A stretch of 64,000 nt of DNA from Octopus vulgaris (Eukaryota): positions 107,818,001 to 107,882,000 of the forward strand of contig OX597823.1 of assembly GCA_951406725.2 (NCBI GenBank). Reading direction: 5' to 3'. Numbering within the stretch: position 1 is the stretch's first letter; each line of letters begins with the position of its first letter. Made by a program: the position numbers and the translations under genes. The notes beneath the pieces were generated by a model. The model saw nothing but the letters and a program-made list of their open reading frames with translations. It made no database searches and was not told the origin of the DNA. Shown here piece after piece: positions 43,821 to 57,283 of this stretch.

Positions 43821-44689
43821 TTTCTTCTCTCAGTATAGCAATGAGAGTCTTCGTATACAATATTTTTCTACAACATCTTCCAACCGTTATCTTCTTTATA
43901 CTAATGGGGAAGATGTAGTTGAAAAGTTATAAAGAAATCTAGAGATCTATGGTCATGCACATATTTCTGTGTAAAGCTGTTACTGGGTAAAATCTGAAAT
44001 GTTTCATGCCAAATCATGTGTCATCATAAGATAACATTAACCTCTCAACCAATTCCCTTTTTTTACTAAATTTTAGTAATTTTAATTCAATTAAAAACTT
44101 TATGTTAGTTATTTAGGGTGCACCTGATTCTACTGTTTCAAGTGATCAGCTGAGATTTCCTTGTGCAGTGCACTGGCCTTGGAAGTTCACTTTTTAAAAA
44201 GTGATGGTTGTTTACATGTGTATGTTTGTGTGTGTGTGAATGCATATTTATCACCACCACCACCACCACCACCACCACCATGTATGGGTGTTTTCTTAAG
44301 GGGAGCTAGCATGGGGGGCTTTTATACATGGGTCCTTGCAGAGATGAATTAAAAGTGCTAGTGATGAAATATGAGTAACGTTATAAAATATTTCCTTCAT
44401 TTTATTCCTCAGATGTGGACATGAGAAATAAACCATGAAAGTTTAACATATGGAGTGGATATTGTATGAATCTACAGCAGGTTGGTTGGTAAGTAGGCTA
44501 TTGTGTTTATATGTGTGTCCAAATGTGTGGTGGAAAGTGACCAAGGCAGGAAGCATTGCCTTCGTAGGATCTGGAACTTGTATTTTGCTAAAAGAAATAT
44601 TATGACAGTGCTATTCAGTGTGTGTTCACAATGAGGGGTGATTAGAGATTGTTGGGTGTTTCCAGAGCCAGTGCCAGAATATTCATGTC

Positions 44690-45270
44690 CTGTCTTGTCT
44701 TGAGACAGCATTCACCCAGGGTGGGTTGAGCTGTCTTCATTCATCCTCAATGCAGCATCTCTTAGAAAAGCTGACCAGACCTGGCGATTTGAGGCTAACG
44801 ACCGCATGATCTCCAACCACTCCTTATTCCAGCGGCAAATGCCATAGATATGGGGGCCTAGGTTGGGTTCCAGACCAGCCTTGACTGTCATCAGCCAGGT
44901 TTTCCATTGTCCACCACTTCACTTTTGCCAACCCTGAAGGGGTGCTGGGGCAATTGCTTCATAGATGAATTCTCCTGGTTGACGACGGAGAGCATGACTC
45001 AGCCAATGCAGACGTCTTGTTAGGATGACTTGTTGGAAGGAGGTGATTTTGCACTGGTGTCGCACCAACATTCCTCATGTTCATCGCAGCGTATTCATGG
45101 CCTTAGGTCTGCCCTACAACCTGTTCTCTCTGTACAACAATGAGAGCCTCCTTCTCTTGTGCCATGACAACAAACTGGAAATCACCATGCTGATCTACGT
45201 AGAGTCTAACAATCCAACGGTCAGTTCTTTGAGGAGGTGAAGGAAATCCTTTTTGCTGTCTCCTTAGCAG
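44690..45270 (-). mobile_element. RTE LINE 3' fragment
   Basis: GGQWKTWLMTVK..RWNKEWLE..STHPG* followed by a caaga repeat tail. Confidence 0.8.
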
Positions 45271-46032
45271 CTTAATGGCCTTAGTTTATATCTCTTCATG
45301 TGTGTTTATGGATATCAAATATTAAAGGCTATGCATGGGAGGATTGTGTATTCATGTCCAGAAGCTTAGTGGTCAAAAGATACATCATTTACTGTACCAA
45401 GGGTTTATATATATTCCCATGTATGCATAAAATGTTTTAAATAAATAAACAAATGAAAATTGTTATTCAAGTGTTGAGTTTATATCTGAAAGATCTTGTC
45501 TTCTGTTTTCTCTTTCTCTTCTCCACTCACTTATTTCTCCCTCATTCTATCCATCTGTCTCTCTCTATATATTCCTTCTTCATTAAAACAAACCCAATCT
45601 TTTCCTCTTGCCTTCCTTTCTCTCCAAAATAATTATTCCTCCTGGGGCCATGAGGTCAAAATCATAATTTTTTTTTTTTTAACCGAGAGAAAGTTATGAT
45701 TCAGATTTGAAGGAAGTGGGCAAGAGAAAGAAAATTCAGTTATTTATTTATCATATTTGCTCTCTGAGTCCATAAACATCATCATCAGCAGCAGCAGCCA
45801 CAACAACAGAATCATCATCATCATCATTATCATCTTTAATATTATTTGAATTTTTTACATTTTCATTGTTTTTTTTTGTTTTTTTCTGTGTTCCTATTTT
45901 TTTTATATCTGAAAGATTTTAAGAAATGATCAAAAGAATGTCAAAGGTCTATTAAAATCTAATTTGGAATTTTAAAAATTAAGGGGAGTTTCTTCAAAGA
46001 ATTAACCATCATCATCATCATCATCATCATCA

Positions 46033-46070
<38 letters not shown>

Positions 46071-46696
46071 ATTTTGTTATCATTTCCAAAATCTTCCTCT
46101 GATAAAGAATTTGAAAATAAGTTTCAAAAAGTGATAACAATAACAAAAGAAAACATAAAGGAAGTGTGTGTGTGGGGGGGGGAGTACGATAAAAAAATAA
46201 ACTCTATAATAAATAACCAATCTTGCTTATTTAATTTTTTTATGAAATATTATTTTTACTTCTTTTATATTTCATTTTTATTTGTATTTACATTTTTCTA
46301 TATTTTCAAAGACTTACAATCAAGTTAATTATTAATTGAACATTTTCGATGAAGCTAATGGATGTTTTCTTTTTTTTATGTTTGTTCTTATTGCAGTTGT
46401 TGTTATTGTAGTCATTGTTGTGCTTATAGTTGTTGTTGTTGCTGTTAGTGATATCTTGCTCCATAATCTGTGGAGATGTTTATCAATGAAATTAATAAAT
46501 TTGATTAAAATCTTGAAATCTTGTGTTATTGCCACGGTCAGAAATGAAGAATTAAAAAAAAAAAAGAATTAGAATAATGAAAACAACAACAACAACAACA
46601 ACAGGAATGATAGCAATGTTGGTAATAATAATAGGAGTTGCAGCAGCAGTAACAACTATAATAGCAATAATAATAATGATAATAATAATGATGATG

Positions 46697-46743
<47 letters not shown>

Positions 46744-47270
46744 TTTAAAATGATTTCTTCTCCAGAAAGCCTCAATGCTTTATGAAAATAACGATATTGA
46801 TGATGAGATTGTAGATGTGGGGATGATGGTGATGGTGATGGTGATGGTGGTTGTGGTGGTGGTGGTGATGGCTTAGATGGTATTGGCGTCATTGACAGTA
46901 GTTAAATTAATAAAGTTGATGAAAATGATGATTATGATGATGATGATGATGAGGAGGAGGAGGAGGAGGACGCGTTTCTTATATCGATGATAAAAAATAT
47001 CTAGAAATAACAGACCAAATAGAAAAAAAAAAGAAAAGCAATGAGTGGGAGAACAAGAGAAATAACAAGTTAGAAGGAAAAGATGATGTAGATAATAACG
47101 AGGGTGACGATGATGATGATGATGATGCTGATGTTGGTGATGATGATGGTGTTGTTACTTATAATGATAGTGATGATGTTGATGATGGTACTGTTAAAAA
47201 TAATGGTGATGATGGTAGTGGTGGTGATGATGATGATGTGGTGAAGTTGATGGTGAAGATGAGTGTGATA

Positions 47271-47301
<31 letters not shown>

Positions 47302-47523
47302 CAATGGAGTTGGTGATGATAACGTAGATAGCAGAGTTTGTAAAAGAAAAATAAGCCATTCTACATTGTTTGTTACTAACAAAAGAGAATCACAGACGGG
47401 ACAATTCCATTGACAGAATGGTAGCAATGGATGTGGTCCTGGTAGTGTGGTCAATGGTCAGTGGGAACATGGAACGGTGATGGTATATTTTATCATCATC
47501 ATCATCGTAACACTGTTACCAAC

Positions 47524-47600
<77 letters not shown>

Positions 47601-47858
47601 CACTGTAACTGTCAATAATAGCATAACAATCACTACTAATAATATCACCCCTAATACTTCCACCACCACCACCAATACAGACACTACCACTAATCCTCAC
47701 CACCACCACCACCACCACCACTGCTACCAATTTCTCCATTACAACAAATACCAGCACTGCTAATGTATCATCACTTCCTAGTTTCACAACCGTTCATGCC
47801 ACCACCATTACTGCTACCACCACCACCACCACCATCACCACCACCGCCGCCACCACCG

Positions 47859-47892
<34 letters not shown>

Positions 47893-48997
47893 AACCACCA
47901 CCACTTATTCTACAATCGTCATCTTCCTTACTGATCATCACCGAAACGTTGGTCAACACGTGTATTGCGAGAAGGAGATCGTCCCTCGGTGGACCTTTGA
48001 CCGCATTAATAAATACAGGTGGGTATTGTAAATGAATTGAGAGCGTTTAACCTGGATCTGAACCAGCGCTTTCCTAACACTTCATCACCACCCCACAGTG
48101 CTCGGGCCCTAAAGTACAGATTACACAATTAAATGATATAATAAACGAAATTACTGAAAATGGAGAGAGAAAGAGTCCGAGGGTAACAGGTAAACAATTA
48201 GTGAGTCCAGTCTGTGTCATAGTTTCAGTTCTAGCTTGAAGCTATTTTTCTTCTCTCATAACACTAATGTGATTGGGAAACTCATGAACATCGTTAGATT
48301 GCTATTACAATCGCGACTTTGCTCATATATATACGATGTCACGGATGAACGTACTGGGATGAGTATGAATAGATCAACTATGAAATCTAGGAATAAAGGG
48401 AATTCCATGCATCCCTTTCCTTGTGATTTCTTAATCCTCATTTCAGATTTCTAATTCTGTTTCATATTGGGATGAACTGGTTGTCCTCATTGTAATAGCT
48501 GCACGCGTTAGGGGACCACATGGATTTGAGAAAATCTTAGTTGTGGATTCGTGAAAATCCATTTTAAACTATTGGCAATGGCCGAGGCGTTTGCGCTTAT
48601 GAATAGATGTCTGTTCTACTACATCCACAAAGGATTATTTTTTAGAAATAAAAGCGTGAAACGAATGTCTACATCTCAAAGAATATATTGGAAACGGCTT
48701 AAGTTGTTTGCAACAAAAACTGAAACTACTATGAGACATTTTCTCAAAGTGGAATTCCTTGAAACGGTTATCATTCTGTAGGAAAACAATAAGAACTTTC
48801 TTTTCTATTGATTCTGAACCATAAAATGTTCTATTAAGAAATGAAGCAAAGAACGAAACACATTCCAAGAATTTCCTCCAGGCTGACACTTTTCGTCTTC
48901 AATAAAATGTTTCGCTTCATGAATGTGAAACGTTTCGCTTCACAAATACACTAATTAGACATGTATTTAATTAATAAGTCGCAGGTTATGTCATGTT

Positions 48998-49387
48998 GTG
49001 GAGGCGCAATGGCCCAGTGGTTAGGGCAGCGGACTCGCGGTCATAGGATGGCGGTTTCGATTCCCAGACCGGGCGTTGTGAGTGTTTATTGAGCGAAAAC
49101 ACCTAAAAACTCCACGAGGCTCCGGCAGGGGATGGTGGTGAACCCTACTGTACTCTTTCACCACAACTTTCTCTCACTCTTACTTCCTGTTTCTGTTGTA
49201 CCTGTATTTCAAGGGGCCGGCCTTATCACTCTCTGTGTCACGCTGAATATCCCTGAGAACTGCATTAAGGGTACACGTGTCTGTGGAGTGCTCAGCCACT
49301 TACACGTTAATTTCACGAGCAGGCTGTTCCGTTGATTCGGATCAACCGGAATCCTCGTCGTCGTAACCGACGGAGTGCTTCCATTCC
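48998..49387 (+). mobile_element. tRNA(Arg)-like-headed SINE
   Basis: Head ggcgcaatggcccagtggttagggcagcggacTCGcggtc...ggtttcgattccc (A and B boxes); TSD atgtcatgtt / atgtcatgat. Confidence 0.85.
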
Positions 49388-49999
49388 ATGTCATGATGAT
49401 GATTTCTAAAGACAATGAAATACAGTTCTATATTTAAGAGATGAGGAATTATGTACATTATTTACATTATACCTTAGGAGTGAGAAACCAGGTTCGATGT
49501 GATTTATGCACATTTTCTTAATATCGCCTTAATTTCAATTCCAAATTACTAATACTGCTTCATATTATGATGAAATGGTTATCTCTCTTGTAACAGCTGC
49601 GACAATTAGGGGGCCACGTATAGAATAAAATCAAATCATTCGAAGATCTCATTGTTGCGTTGTTAGAAAGCGTAAACCCCACACAAGAAAGGTGCTTCCA
49701 TGTATGAGACAGTGCTGCTTCTGACACTCAAGCATATTGGACCATATTCAAAATATTGCCATTTGACTTAGTGGCATCAACCCGTTACAATGTGTTGTTG
49801 TTTTTTTCTCTACGCGGACGTCTTAGCTTCAACGTAACTTAAAGACAGCTGCAAGCTTAGTCCGCTTTCATTTTCATTTTCGCTGTGACTGAACCATTCG
49901 AAATGTTTCATAGTTTACATAAAACGTACTGCTACTGCTTATACTATAAAGTAATCAATCCAGTACAAATCATCTCTATTACTATACAAGGATCCCGTC

Positions 50000-50760
50000 T
50001 TCTTGACCAACGATATATGATATTAAATCTATCATATGAGGTAGAAATTACTGCGACCCTAAATAATAATACAACAGCCAAGAAGACCTAATTGGATTAT
50101 ATGAAGGAGAACTTAAAAATCGCTACGCCGGTCACATAGCCTCCTTCCGACATAAGGACAAAAGCAAAGCTGCTAAGTTGGCTAGTATATAGTTTGAAAG
50201 ATGGCGAAACACCACATGTGATTAAGTGGAAAATAATTGAGAAATCCATGTTAATGGATCGAATAAATGTAGGCTTTGTTTAGCTGAAAGAGCGCAGATC
50301 CTGTTCAGATCTAAGATCCTAACTCTCCACTGAACACTAGGTCTGAAATTTTCAGCTGTTGCAAGCATATGTATAAATATATTTTGAAGAACTGGAAAAT
50401 TTCGCCTATTCCTGATTAACTTGTTGATATCCTTCCAGCCTTATAGTTTAAAGGTCTGAGGATAACTCTTTTAACTTTTTTTACTTTTCATATTTTGGTT
50501 TTTGTATTTTCATTTTTCGACTTTCGTTTTCCAGTTTTTTTAACCTTCTGTATTTTTTATATGCTGCTTTCTCAGTTTTTTTCGCGTTTTTTCTCTTATT
50601 CATTGAAGTTCGTTATGGTATATGGTTTGTACCTGATGAATATGTTTGAGATATTTCTCAACATATGAAACTATTAGTAGCACTTAAAGACATGTATTGT
50701 GTCCTTTGAATAAATAGTATTTATCTCTCACCACGTAAAATACTTTTATTGTTGAATTTT
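50000..50760 (+). mobile_element. Penelope-like element 3' portion (GIY-YIG endonuclease remnant plus 3' repeat)
   Basis: IGLYEGELKNRYAGHIASFRH..IKWKIIEK..KCRLCLAE remnants followed by a T-rich tract and a hammerhead. Confidence 0.8.
50629..50683 (+). ncRNA. Type I hammerhead ribozyme of the Penelope element
   Basis: gtac-CTGATGA-atatgtt(t)gag/ctcaacatat-GAAA-Ctatta G-TA-gcac; stem I has one mismatch. Confidence 0.75.
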
Positions 50761-51100
50761 CTATCACTGATCAGTACATCGTGTGTGTGTGTGTGTGTTT
50801 AAAACTTAAGTTTACAACGTTTATGTCACAAAAGCAATAGGTAATACAACTTATAGATTAGAAAAATAAAGCTTATCCTGGTATATTTCTTGCCTGTTTG
50901 GCCCTTCCCCACAGGACAAGCAATTTCAGCCGTTATCGATAATATTGCTTCCACTCTAGAGGCACCGACAAGAAACTTGCCAGGAATGGGACCTAAACAG
51001 AACAAAACGAAACGGGCTCGAAACGTGACCGCTCGTGGACGGATGGGGGACAAAACAATAAACAGAATAAAAGCTTAGGGCTACACGAAGACAGCAATCA

Positions 51101-53543
51101 ATAACAAGAGCACTCAGAGAGCGCAAACCTCCGCCAAGGCAACACCAACGTCCTGATTTCTTTAATTAGGCACAAGGCCTCTATAAAGATGGGACAACAC
51201 AAAAACAGACAAAACAATACAATGGGGTACACAAAAACACATCGAATGAAATTATGGATACAATGAAGAATGAGGATGGAATGCCTTACCTGCCCCTCAT
51301 AAGCAGACAGTTTCATTTATTATTTTTAAATAAAGTTTTACTAACAGTTCAATATCCTGTCTTGCATCTGTTGGTTTAACTATTTTTTTAAAAATTAACA
51401 CAAAATCACTATTTCCACCATATACCCCAATAATACTCTTCGAATGCCACCACCACCGTAACTCATCGAAACGAAACTGTACCATTGTCACATCTATCTT
51501 TTCCCCAAACAATTCCTTCAACCGTTCTCCTCTTTCTCTTTCCAGCAGAACAGCTTTCATACCTTCATTGTACTCTTCGGGTGCCAATTTAATCCTAATT
51601 ACGCATCTTCGCAATCTTTCTTTTCCATCTCTACACTTTTTGTGTTTTGTATCATAGTTCTTATATTTTCCCCTTTTGGTATCACTCTCTGTTTTCCTTC
51701 ACCAATCTCTTCTTCTGTTGCTGGTATCCCTATCTCTGTATGTCTCTCATTCTCTCTTTCATTTCCCTTTTTCTTCTGTACTTTCTCCTCCTTGCTAGAT
51801 GATGGTAACGGTCTCTGCGTTCGCTCCTCGGCTTCGTCACATTTGTTGACTTTTCATTTTTTCTTTGCTCGTTCGCTTTTCCCTTGTTTTCCACTCTGAG
51901 TCTCCTCTCCATTTCCCTTTCTTTTCTTCCAACGGTTTTTTAATGGTGAATCCGTGTTACTTTTCTTTCGCTTCACCACTGTATACTGATCTTCCATTTT
52001 TTGCTCCTCCTCGGTTGAACCCTCTTCTTCTTGATGTTCTTTCTCTATCTCCTCCTCTTCGTGTTTCTGGGGACACTTAGCTTTCATGTGTCCCCTTACT
52101 CCACATTGATAGCATACGGGAGGTCTTTCTTCCACTACAATTCTCAACTTCCTCTCGTCCGGCAACACCTCTGCAGTTTTGTGGAGGTCTGGTAAACTTA
52201 TGTGAACCGATACCTCCAGTCCGTATCCCTAGCAGTTCACCTCCGTAGTTTTTGTAATTTTCAGTATTTGGGTGTCCTCCTCTGTATCATAGAGGATGGT
52301 TGCCACCAGCCACGCCTCGTTAATTTCTGGAGGCACTCTACCAATCCTTACACTGGCCGCACATTTGCCACAGTAGGTTGGTAGTAGCACCCACTCAGTT
52401 GATCTGAAAGGCACAGTGGAGTTTTTTTTTTATCGCTTCTTCTTCACTCACGAAGCGTACGTCCACTGTACCGTGTCTCTTTCCTCTGGTGTAGTACGTC
52501 GTTAAATCTTTGACTTCTCTCAAGCAAAGACTGATCCTTGTAGAGACAGAACGAGGTCTCCAGTCTGTCTCAACCAGCTTTACGTTATCGACAGCAGATA
52601 ATATCCCACAGTGGATGTGAGATTCACCTTAGAGATCGAAGTACATCACAATACGATGGCGGCCATCTTGTCCGACGAAGAGAATGACGAAAGGTTTATG
52701 AAGATGCACGAGTTGCACGGGGAGAACTGGTCAGGAGCGATTAATCCAAATGGAACATAGGAAAGTCAAATACATACACTGCTGCTATTTCCACCCTTTT
52801 TATTGCAATAGACAGCGTTCTATATGTTATTGTTTTTCTCTCTGTTTTTTTTTTTCCTTTATAACTTCCTTAGGCGGCGTCAGCCTCGGGCTGTCTCCTT
52901 CCTTTCTCAATAGTTCGTTGTACTTCTTGAAATTAGTTTCGTTCAGTTCAACCTCTCTAACTTGCGGTATATCTGCTGTTAGACTTTCCCTGTTACTGCA
53001 GCGTAACTGCCTGCTGGTACTGGTTTACTTTCCATAATATTATCGACAACTTCACCCATAAATGGGGAAGAAAAACAAAAAAATCAGGTAACAATGAATC
53101 TAACGATTCAGTAATATAACAGTTTAACAATAACAACGTAACAATAACAAGACTCAAATGGAGCGAACTCACATCAAACGCAGCAGGGGTTCAAATGACT
53201 CGACACAACGCTAACGTGCTCTCAACGATTAGGCAGAAATGATTTTTAAAATGAGAATATCTGAAATAAACTCAAGTTCTCTCACAAACGGGAATACTAA
53301 AAATGAATCCGACCGATCTCAAATATTAAGTAAAAAAAAAAAGCAGGAAAAATAATCCAGAATCCTTATGCGGTACTGGATCGATCCCAAAATCTAATCA
53401 GTTCGTGCCAGTCGCGAGGTCAAACATACCTGGAAGTTTCATCCGAATTCATCCAGCGGTTCTTTGTCCACAGACAAAAAAAAAAAAAAAAAAAAAACAC
53501 GACTGTAAAACAATACCTCCGCCTTCGCTAAGGCGGAGGTAAT
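51101..53543. mobile_element. Non-autonomous Helentron/DINE-1-like element, split (51101-51154 and 53221-53543) by a retroelement
   Basis: One end reads aacaagagcactcagagagcgcaaacctccgccaagg. The other has the palindrome acctccgccttcgctaaggcggaggt and a subterminal repeat of acctccgcc. Confidence 0.65.
51155..53205 (-). mobile_element. ORF1(gag-like)-only non-LTR retroelement, TSD-flanked, degenerate
   Basis: ORF from ~53035 (MESKPVPAGSYAAVTG) through the zinc knuckle CYQCGVRGHMKAKC to ~51297, with a few stops and frameshifts. No RT. TSD caacaccaacgtcct / caacgctaacgtgct. Confidence 0.75.
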
Positions 53544-53577
53544 GATAATACAAATACAACGTAAAGCCTTAGGGCTG

Positions 53578-53632
<55 letters not shown>

Positions 53633-53636
<4 letters not shown>

Positions 53637-53743
53637 GGCCCTTCTGGTGACGTCGATGATCGCCTGGGGCTAAATGCATCAGTAACACCAACACCACCCC
53701 GCCCTGTCCCTAGCCACATTCAGATGGCTGATCCCCCTTATGT

Positions 53744-53745
<2 letters not shown>
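53633..53745 (+). mobile_element. Internal fragment of the 63.4-kb hammerhead repeat family
   Basis: Near-identical to 63474-63586; flanked by (TA)n on both sides. Confidence 0.85.
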
Positions 53746-53775
<30 letters not shown>

Positions 53776-53941
53776 AATTATTAGAGAGTTATACATAAAT
53801 GTATAAATTTGTATTTTCTCCGTAGTTTTTTTTGTGCTAAGCCACTTGGTGTTAAATTAATGGTATTATTAAATTAATATCGATTTTTCACCCTCATTTA
53901 TAATTTTATGTATATATATATATATATATATATACACACGC

Positions 53942-54322
53942 TTTTATTTGTTTCAGTCATTTGATTGCAGCCATGCTGGAGCACCGCGTTAAAGGGTTAT
54001 AGTCGGAGAAATCGACTCCAGGACTTCTTTTTTGTAAGTCTAGTACTTATTCTGTCGGTCTCTCTTGTCGAACCGCTATGTTACGGGGACATAAACACAC
54101 CAATATCGGTTGTCAAGCGATGGCAGTGGAACAAACACAGACACCACATACACATACACGACGGGCTTCTTTCAGTTTCCGTTTACTAAATCCACTCCCA
54201 AGATTTTGCTCGGCTCGAGGCTATAGTAGAAGACATCTTCCCAAGGTGCCGCACAGTGGGATTGAACCCGGAACCATGTGGTTTGTAAGCAAGCTACTTA
54301 CCACACAGCCACTCCTACGCCC
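53942..54322 (-). mobile_element. Full-length tRNA-derived SINE
   Basis: Reverse complement of the 7251-7624 family. Confidence 0.85.
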
Positions 54323-54532
54323 ACATATACAATACTCATATACTTATGCGTGTTCATGTATGTTTGCGTGCGCATGCGCATGTGCATGTGTATGTGTCCA
54401 TTGATATCCTAAAGTTTCTAACCGATAGCATATTTGAAATTCAGTTCTGGTTGGAAATATCATGAAAGACGAACTCTTAAGTACATTACCAGCATTTTGC
54501 CAGCCTCGTGACAATTGCGTGACAACATCAAT

Positions 54533-54578
<46 letters not shown>

Positions 54579-54597
54579 ACTGCAGCAGCTGCTACAG

Positions 54598-54663
<66 letters not shown>

Positions 54664-54818
54664 AACGCGCGCGCGCTGCTGCTGCTCTGCTGCCTACTAC
54701 TACTACTACTACTACTACTGCTGCCTCTCTCTCTCCCCCCACTACTGCTGCACTACTACTGCTGCTGCTGCTCACTACTACTACTACTACTACTACTACG
54801 CGCGCGCTACTACTACTA

Positions 54819-54901
<83 letters not shown>

Positions 54902-55565
54902 TCCACCACCACCACCACCACCACCACCAGGTTTTTAAATGTTAATAAATATATATAAAAGGATAAAGAGAAATACTCAATTTTTTTTTATATATTCCTC
55001 GTTCAAAGTCCCCCAGCATTTTTGCACACAAATTGTTTAATTTCCCTCATCTTTTTTTTTCTTTTCCTTTCTTTCTTTCTTTTGTTCCTTCCTTTCTTTC
55101 TTCCATCCTTCCCTTTTTTTTTTATTACCGTTTCTTATCTCTTTGAAAATGTCACACAATTTTCAATGGATTTTATGTGACTATTTCTATATTTTCTGCT
55201 TTCAACTGAAGATGGCAGGCGATGTTAAGAATCCTCTAAGTTATATTGCTATTGTAGCAATACCTATTGTTCATCGTTACATTTTAATAAGCATTGTTCG
55301 TCAGACATCCATCGACACAATCATCACACAATGACACAGATTTAGTAACTAAACAAACTACTTTTTATCATACCGATGACACACATTCAACCCATCTTTG
55401 GTTTAGAAAGCCAATTTTAAAAGTGTTCAGCTTTATTGCCCCTCAAGTGACAGTAGCAATCTAAAGAGATAGTCTTGCAATTGGCATGGTCATTTTTATT
55501 CAAACCTTTTCTTTCTTCCTTTCTTTCGTTCTCTCTTTCTTTCTTTCTTTCTTTCTTTCGTTCTC

Positions 55566-55613
<48 letters not shown>

Positions 55614-55786
55614 TCGTTCTTAATATCTTTGTCTTCTTAGTTTCCATAATTATCTCCCTCTTCCCTCTGTTGCTCTTCAACTCTCCATCATTTCTTCTCT
55701 TCCTTCCCTGCATCTCTGTCTGTCTGTCTGTCTGTCTGTTTCTGTCTCCGTCTCTCTCTGTCTGTCTGTCTGTCTGTCTGTCTTTC

Positions 55787-55830
<44 letters not shown>

Positions 55831-55857
55831 TCATTCTTTCTTTCTTTCTCTCTCTCT

Positions 55858-55897
<40 letters not shown>

Positions 55898-56114
55898 CCT
55901 CTCTGTCTCCTAGCCAAAACAATAACAATATTTGATAACTATGATAACATGGACGTTTCTTGATAAACAACTCAGGTTTTCAGTTGACAATGGCGTGTCA
56001 GAGACAAAAGCTGGCCGCACCTTACTGTTGTCAATGAAAGGTAAAATATTGTTCCACGCCAAGCCATCTAATTATATAGCTGATGGTGAGCACCTGAACA
56101 TGACAGACTTCATA

Positions 56115-56169
<55 letters not shown>

Positions 56170-57283
56170 TTGCAGTTGCATACATACAGAATAACTTATA
56201 ATCATACATACACATATGTGCATAAGTACATACATTGAGGCATACATACATACATACATACATACGTACATACATACATACATACATACATACATACATA
56301 CATACATACACACGTATGTATGTATAAATATATAATATCATATATATACACACACACACATATATATATAATACATATATAACATACATACATTTATATA
56401 CATATGCATATATATATATATGTATGTATAATATATATGTATGTATAATATATTCAAACTACATTCCATAATATAAAACTGGCAGAAGAATGGATAAAAT
56501 TTCTCAATAGTTTCCTAGTGATTTTGGTTTTAATGAAAAACTACTGTTATTCCGATTGCTACTTCAATTTCGCTTTGAATAATTCTTTGAAGATTTCTTC
56601 ATGTATTATCTGAGTAAGAATCACAGAACATTAAATTATTGAACAGTAAAAGTCTGACCAATATTCAATCATTGATCAAAGAAAGATTAAAAGGTCCTGA
56701 AAAATATATTAATAAATAAGTAAAAATAAGAAATAAATCAAAAAAATTCCTTCTTGCTGAGAAGTAATGGTTTCAACTGCTTCTCAAAGAATAGCAGTTC
56801 ATTTTCTTCCTTTGCCTTATAATTATTATTAGTACTATTATGAGTATTATTATTATTTTGAAAGATACTTTAGATAGCAACACTGATACGTATGATCGAC
56901 AAATTTTTTTGCAAGACAAATATGTGTGTGTGTTTGTATGTGTGTGTTTGTGCGTGTATGTGTGTGTATAAAATGTATGTACAACCTCATATAAACACTA
57001 CATACACAAACGCACCCAATAACGCACATTTGTATATAATTTTATGTATGAGTAACAGCCTTCCTTTATACATGCTTTCAAAAGACGACCGTGCACTAAT
57101 TTCATCTTTTGTTACTATCAGTGTTGTTTCTTGTGTTTGCATTTCTTGCAAACTGCACAACGTCTAAATCCATCGACAATGTTTGAAGACTTTAATAGTC
57201 TCATCCACTGGATGATGTGATGTTGTCGTACGTTGCTGCCTCTTTATAATGGATTGGACTACAGTGGTAGGTGTAGGTCAGTG

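Noticed and set aside
48998-49075. tRNA-Arg-like sequence
   Set aside because: It is the head of a TSD-flanked SINE and lacks a proper cloverleaf; not a tRNA gene.
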